Positions 31,101-32,000 of a stretch of DNA of 32,000 nucleotides are shown piece by piece. The translations under genes were made by a program, and so were the position numbers. The DNA lies in the NCBI RefSeq assembly GCF_018336915.1, contig NZ_CP064925.1, positions 210,001 to 242,000 of the forward strand, given 5' to 3'. Within the stretch, counting starts at the first letter, position 1. Each line of letters begins with the position of its first letter. Under the pieces are notes generated by a model. That model had not been told where the DNA came from, did no database searches, and saw only the letters and a list, made by a program, of their open reading frames with translations. This stretch comes from Acaryochloris marina S15. Lineage in GTDB: Bacteria; Cyanobacteriota; Cyanobacteriia; Thermosynechococcales; Thermosynechococcaceae.

Positions 31101-32000
31101 GGTTACTCAGATTTGTCACCGCTACCAGGAGGGGACCATCTAAACCAATGGTGCTAATGTTGCGTAGGGTCACCTCAGTAGTCAGGATCTGGCTTTTCTC
31201 ATTGAAGGAAGTTTGTTGATACTCAACTTCGGTACTGAAAGTAACATCCGACAGTAGTGAAAAGTCGATGGGGTCTACTCCCGTAACAAGGGGAGTATCT
31301 GGAATCGCGGTAACAGGATCACTACCAGTGCTATCCTGAACCTCAATATCATTAATCTGAACGCTGGTCGTGACATCACTGTCATCATTGACTAACCGAA
31401 AGACCAAGGTTGCTTCAGTCCCTGGTGCAAGACCTGCCAAATTCACGATAACGGTCTGTCCCTCCAGACGCACTCCTGGAGCTAACTCAGCGGGGAACCC
31501 CTCCGTCATATTTAAGAAGGCATCTTGGTTAGAACCAATGGTGTGAATCAAAGAGTTGCCATTCCCATCCACAAGAGCAACTTCAAACGCATCGTTGATA
31601 AAATCTGGATCGCTGGTATCAAAGATGAGATCACTGTAGGTAAAGCGCAGCTCAGCAGTATTACTGGGAATCGTAATGGCTTGTTCCGCTGTCGTTGTAA
31701 AGTTCGTTCCTTCCTGTAGAACAATCAGGGAGGAAATATTAAAGGAGATGGTTTGGGAATCAGTCCCACCTTGGCCATCACTGACGGTATAGCTAAAGGC
31801 ACCTGCGGCACCTGAGGTCCCTGGTTGAGGGAGAAACTCTAAACTCTCCAACTCATTGAGACTCAGAGTTTGCCCTAAGGTTAAAGTCGTTCCATCAGCC
31901 AACCTTACAATCCCTTGATCTGCCAAGGGTAGCTGGGCAACTGTGATTGTAAGAACATCCCCATCAACATCAGTAGGGGCAGTGATATCTAGAGGAGCCA
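22120..32000 (-). CDS. Giant Rhs/YD-repeat polymorphic-toxin protein with He_PIG/cadherin-like repeat arrays; the N-terminus lies beyond the right edge
   Basis: The track ORF (3268 aa) starts at a TTG, but the frame stays open to position 32000 (..APLDITAPTDVDGDVLTITVAQLPLADQGIV..). It contains ten Ig/cadherin-like repeats of about 92 aa, an SdrD-B-like domain, Ig-like domains, about 1,270 aa of YD repeats (e.g. YDxxGRL, YxYDxxGN), the Rhs core end ...LDYLRARYLDVANARFSSRDKF...LNRYIYANGNPTNFVDPSGN, and a 183-aa tip. Confidence 0.95.
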   Translation of the reverse strand, partial: APLDITAPTDVDGDVLTITVAQLPLADQGIVRLADGTTLTLGQTLSLNELESLEFLPQPGTSGAAGAFSYTVSDGQGGTDSQTISFNISSLIVLQEGTNFTTTAEQAITIPSNTAELRFTYSDLIFDTSDPDFINDAFEVALVDGNGNSLIHTIGSNQDAFLNMTEGFPAELAPGVRLEGQTVIVNLAGLAPGTEATLVFRLVNDDSDVTTSVQINDIEVQDSTGSDPVTAIPDTPLVTGVDPIDFSLLSDVTFSTEVEYQQTSFNEKSQILTTEVTLRNISTIGLDGPLLVAVTNLSNPTVRVVDADGLTADGRPYFDFTSLVTAGKFNPDDLTGPRTISFRNPEGVQFSYDFVVLSELNSNPVIESTPRLEAIAGLPYTYDVNAADPNGDTLTYELLIAPDGMTIEPTTGVISWDTTVADIANHDITVQVSDSRGGITSQDYTLGVIEAPPNRPPSFKSIPIVDANVSADYQYQLSAEDADGDSLTFSIVSGPQNMSIDSNTGLISWRPDNTQLGFNEVVVLVDDSQGGTAEQAYGIFVQAEAGNNAPIIISSPDLKAFAGTSYLTDIDALDPDGDVISYSLLTAPLGLVINSDTGQISWDVTTQDIGIQTVEIQVEDNRGGVETQQFILEVVDLTSSGVIQGTKFHDLDRDGERGFQEGGTNKPSDPNEDTILLLRGDVAVNVENGTVLPVLENLGYEVIVGSLLNPGTIANTLATNDDINQVWIWNDGFGITSANPAFSFTDEDLNALQEFSSEHPNFIFDGLAWRIHSTQDEENLTINQAVNLFDNGGGIVLGTDDSSSSLIVQHVNEVATFFGFETFEGIYSTQNIDLKQGGTLFNSPNPVITTELRSSTTTYSEIPNGEQPNGRFLSTSVFGSPSVPLRGFGSPPLPNDTFNGVEFANVNHLITSTIPGAGIDPIPEPGLEGWIIYIDQNLNGIRDSSERFTTTDVQGNYFFDNLAPGTYVIAEELQPGWTQTAPGDNTFEITIQGSETIGDIDFGNVESQGINSKPTFTSAPPTDITAGELFRYDAVASDPDGDPLTFELLAAPPGMTVDPRTGTIVWIAQEGISTALLEVNDGKGGVAIQDISLNVPSAFTAPLITSTPPGPASVELPYQYQIVAQDARNTDLTFELIDAPIGVQINSDTGLVSWTPNVNQIGPNEITISARIPVGLETQQTFTIDVVANSTNQLPVIQSTPREMIHLGGTYLYQLIASDPNGDPLAVTLNAAPTGMSLNDSNVITWNPTGNQIGLNTVQLIVDDGRGGLVQQNFEIEVTSQSINESPVIESTPNVIANANQQYAYDAQAFDPDGDPLIWRFLNAPTGMSIDERQGTVLWQPTLDQVGSYDIVIEVLDAQGGADTQSFTLNVRGLNTPPIITSAPLTVGAADTPYTDQIIATDIDNDLLTYSFVNAPSNMTIDTATGQIQWTPTTSQIGEQLVDVLVTDDQGNIAGIGYSVVVLATAPNQAPRIDSTPTFAASAGALYQYDVGATDPDGDSIQFSLVNALPGMTIDSNSGLLEWVPPSNGQFEITVVASDSSGLSSTQRYNLAVRDNAAPEIISAPIVSAAVGATYEYNVRSIDPNNDPLSIELIQAPNGMTVDNFGRVRWSPTTTDLGTESIEIRVSDPFGASFTQTYNLVVTVDQEAPLVSLFQSQSGQVDLGDTVTLVVQASDNVGVEQLSLSIDGTPIALDATGRATVTVEALGAIDAVATATDAAGNIGTDTVTLTGIDPNDVDAPVVAFTSLTPGDIFTTATDILGTVTDTNLLSYTLSYALSGTDNFVTLAEGTNPITDGLLGEFDPSILANDAYTLRLFATDTGGNEATVEQEVSVAGDLKLGNFQLSFTDLVIPVSGIPITVARTYDSLNANTTDELGYGWRLELSDTDLRTNVAESGFEADLIYNPFFSGARVYVTLPGGQREGFTFQPTLAPGLQGSFLGIFKPTFVSDSGVTSQLSVDNADLSVNAAGELFDYSTGLAYNPLSPVFGNRFILTTQDGLAYEINGTTGDLRQVADNNDNTLTFTDNGIVSSNGKSVTFERDAQGRIVAVIDPLGERIEYAYNATGDLVSFTDREDNVTQYEYDEPQRDHFLTEVIDPLNRSGVRSEYDDLGRLVKLIDASGEFIELVHNPDNFTETIRDQLVNPTVFEYDQRGNVVREVDAEGGVIERTYDANNYMLTETVFDGIDLEGSTTTFTYDAFGNSLTVTDALGNVTFNTYDRIDFGTSLVAKITGQSSLPFSVLAASTDALGNTTTNTYDLRGNLTQIAGQGNGTTTLNYDARGNLASFGDATGSNIFTYDGSGNVLTQVDAAGNVTTFTYDDNGNQLTETRNQTTPTGERSLVTISEYDAEGRLVKVTDPEGGITETRYDAVGNRVQVIDAEGRVTKFIYDDRGQLTETILPDATPNDDTDNARRRTEYDAVGRVITEIDELGRQTQFVYDKVGRLIETILPDATPDDADNPRTRTEYDLAGRVIAEIDQRGNQTKFVYDKLGRLVSTLLPDETPADDSDNPTVTTTYDDAGRQQTQTDPLGNTTTFFYDDFGRPLRQEFADGTTVSSEFDETGRLVGRTDQEGKTTQFEYDAVGRLTAVVDALNQRTEYTYDELGNLITQTDANDHVTTFEYDGLGRRTATVLALGQRSSSDYDKVGNVISTTDFNGETIVYEYDERDRLITKDFPGSASTTYAYTLIGQRESVTDARGTTTYEYDEQNRLTKRIDPDGREIGYTYDIAGNRTSVTIPSGQTSYTFDAQNRLKTVTDPDAGVTTYFYNAVGNLERTEFPNGTVEIREFDELNRLVYLENSGPSGIINSFRYTLDLTGNRIAVEEQDGRRVEYTYDDLDRLTQETIFDPGTTDPSRTISYTYDAVGNRETRDDSIDGVTTYIYDVNDRLIAETTDGEVTTYTYDDNGNTLGKSNSTESVAYDWDVENRLIAADTDGDGVNDVTNQYDSDGIRVAQTANGEETRFLIDKNRPYAQVLEEYTPGGVIKVSYVHGNDLISQDRQGERSFYHVDGLGSTRALSSESGDVSDSYLYDAFGQVLSQSGNTENSYLFAGEQKDGNLDLDYLRARYLDVANARFSSRDKFEGFFQRPITLNRYIYANGNPTNFVDPSGNVSVLQAVLGATLLSQIISIGQSVGSLAGGFREDVDWKADLVIATGSSVALPFPVPAGGGAFIFAESEPYETSPGVIEQARGVWALPLLGLSLSPIPIGYASTEGDIRTPGFLGISQLALTGGATFFNAAISAGSELGGVSLTFGRIGFGTGNFSGFFSGIDIGADYLTGYSIPVPGTFDISLG
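22123..22671 (-). other. Rhs C-terminal variable (toxin) domain: 183 aa, glycine-rich and hydrophobic, no His or Cys, unrecognised family
   Basis: It starts immediately after the DPSGN boundary (codons 22672-22686): VSVLQAVLGATLLSQIISIGQSVGSLAGGF...GGATFFNAAISAGSELGGVSLTFGRIGFGTGNFSGFFSGIDIGADYLTGYSIPVPGTFDISLG. By my count it has about 33 Gly, 0 His, 0 Cys and 1 Lys. The DNA is visibly more AT-rich than the Rhs core. Confidence 0.8.
22672..26500 (-). other. Rhs/YD-repeat shell plus Rhs-associated core (approximate bounds)
   Basis: It begins near LKLGNFQLSFTDLVIPVSGIPITVARTYDSLN...GYGWRLE and ends at FVDPSGN. YD motifs are dense throughout. Confidence 0.85.
27065..28975 (-). repeat. Array of seven He_PIG/dystroglycan-type cadherin-like repeats (protein level, about 92 aa each; approximate bounds)
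   Basis: The recurring unit is xPxIxSxP...xxYxYxxxAxDPDGDxLTFxLxxAPxGMTIDxxTGxIxWxPxxxQxGxxxVxxxVxDxxGGxxxQxFxLxV. Confidence 0.8.
28985..29235 (-). other. SdrD B-like / Cna-B-type beta-sandwich domain (approximate bounds)
   Basis: GLEGWIIYIDQNLNGIRDSSERFTTTDVQGNYFFDNLAPGTYVIAEELQPGWTQTAPGDNTFEITI. Confidence 0.7.
29236..30084 (-). other. Inserted domain of about 280 aa between the repeat arrays, GATase1/DUF4350-like by motif (approximate bounds)
   Basis: DTILLLRGDVAVNVENGTVLPVLENLGYEVIVG...FSFTDEDLNALQEFSSEHPNFIFDGLAW...AVNLFDNGGGIVLGTDD...HVNEVATFFGFETFEG. Confidence 0.4.
30085..30920 (-). repeat. Array of three He_PIG/cadherin-like repeats (approximate bounds)
   Basis: NSNPVIESTPRLEAIAGLPYTYDVNAADPNGDTLTYELLIAPDGMTIEPTTGVISWD... 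plus two further units of the same pattern. Confidence 0.8.

Noticed and set aside
22806-31719. About 20 short ORFs on both strands inside the Rhs gene
   Set aside because: They are shadow ORFs within a continuous frame of about 9.9 kb with pervasive YD and He_PIG motifs. Repeat-rich, GC-balanced coding sequence generates many such frames.

Overview
This looks like a cyanobacterial accessory region. Evidence for the taxon: two perfect HIP1 octamers (GCGATCGC at 8854 and 21609), a cyAbrB-type regulator and an XisI-like relic. Base composition is mid-GC overall with three sharply AT-rich patches. All calls rest on my reading of the translated ORFs and of the DNA; no searches were run.

Left to right:
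1. 1-1761 (-): the first 587 codons of an AT-rich, signal-peptide-bearing, secretin-like gene that runs off the left edge. It is absent from the ORF track.
2. About 2170-2585: an IS5-family transposase relic.
3. 2709-9731 (-): a tight three-gene operon, and the most interesting candidate system. It encodes an orthocaspase fused to an alpha/beta-hydrolase (lipase-like), then a CHAT-like caspase-fold protease, then a STAND P-loop NTPase. The NTPase lacks the usual repeat sensor and instead ends in a transmembrane helix plus an AT-rich GATase1/DUF4350-like domain. I read it as an apoptosome-like sensor-plus-effector conflict or programmed-cell-death module.
4. 10.5-22.1 kb: a mobilome and toxin-antitoxin island. 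It holds two tyrosine recombinases bracketing a cargo of cyAbrB, an HSL-type esterase and a SAM-methyltransferase. It also holds a HigB/HigA-like pair with a frameshifted toxin, and a hicAB pair followed by a second hicB. That second hicB is split by a Tn5-like IS4 element, which is itself split by an intact IS256-family element; both have 9-bp target duplications. The rest is a PRiA4_ORF3-like gene, an XisI-like relic, a truncated two-gene unit and more IS debris.
5. 22120-32000 (-): the C-terminal 3,293 or so codons of a giant Rhs/YD-repeat polymorphic toxin. It carries ten He_PIG/cadherin-like repeats. Its C-terminal 183-aa tip after the DPSGN boundary is AT-rich, glycine-rich and free of His and Cys, and no immunity ORF follows it.

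I saw no CRISPR array, rRNA or tRNA.
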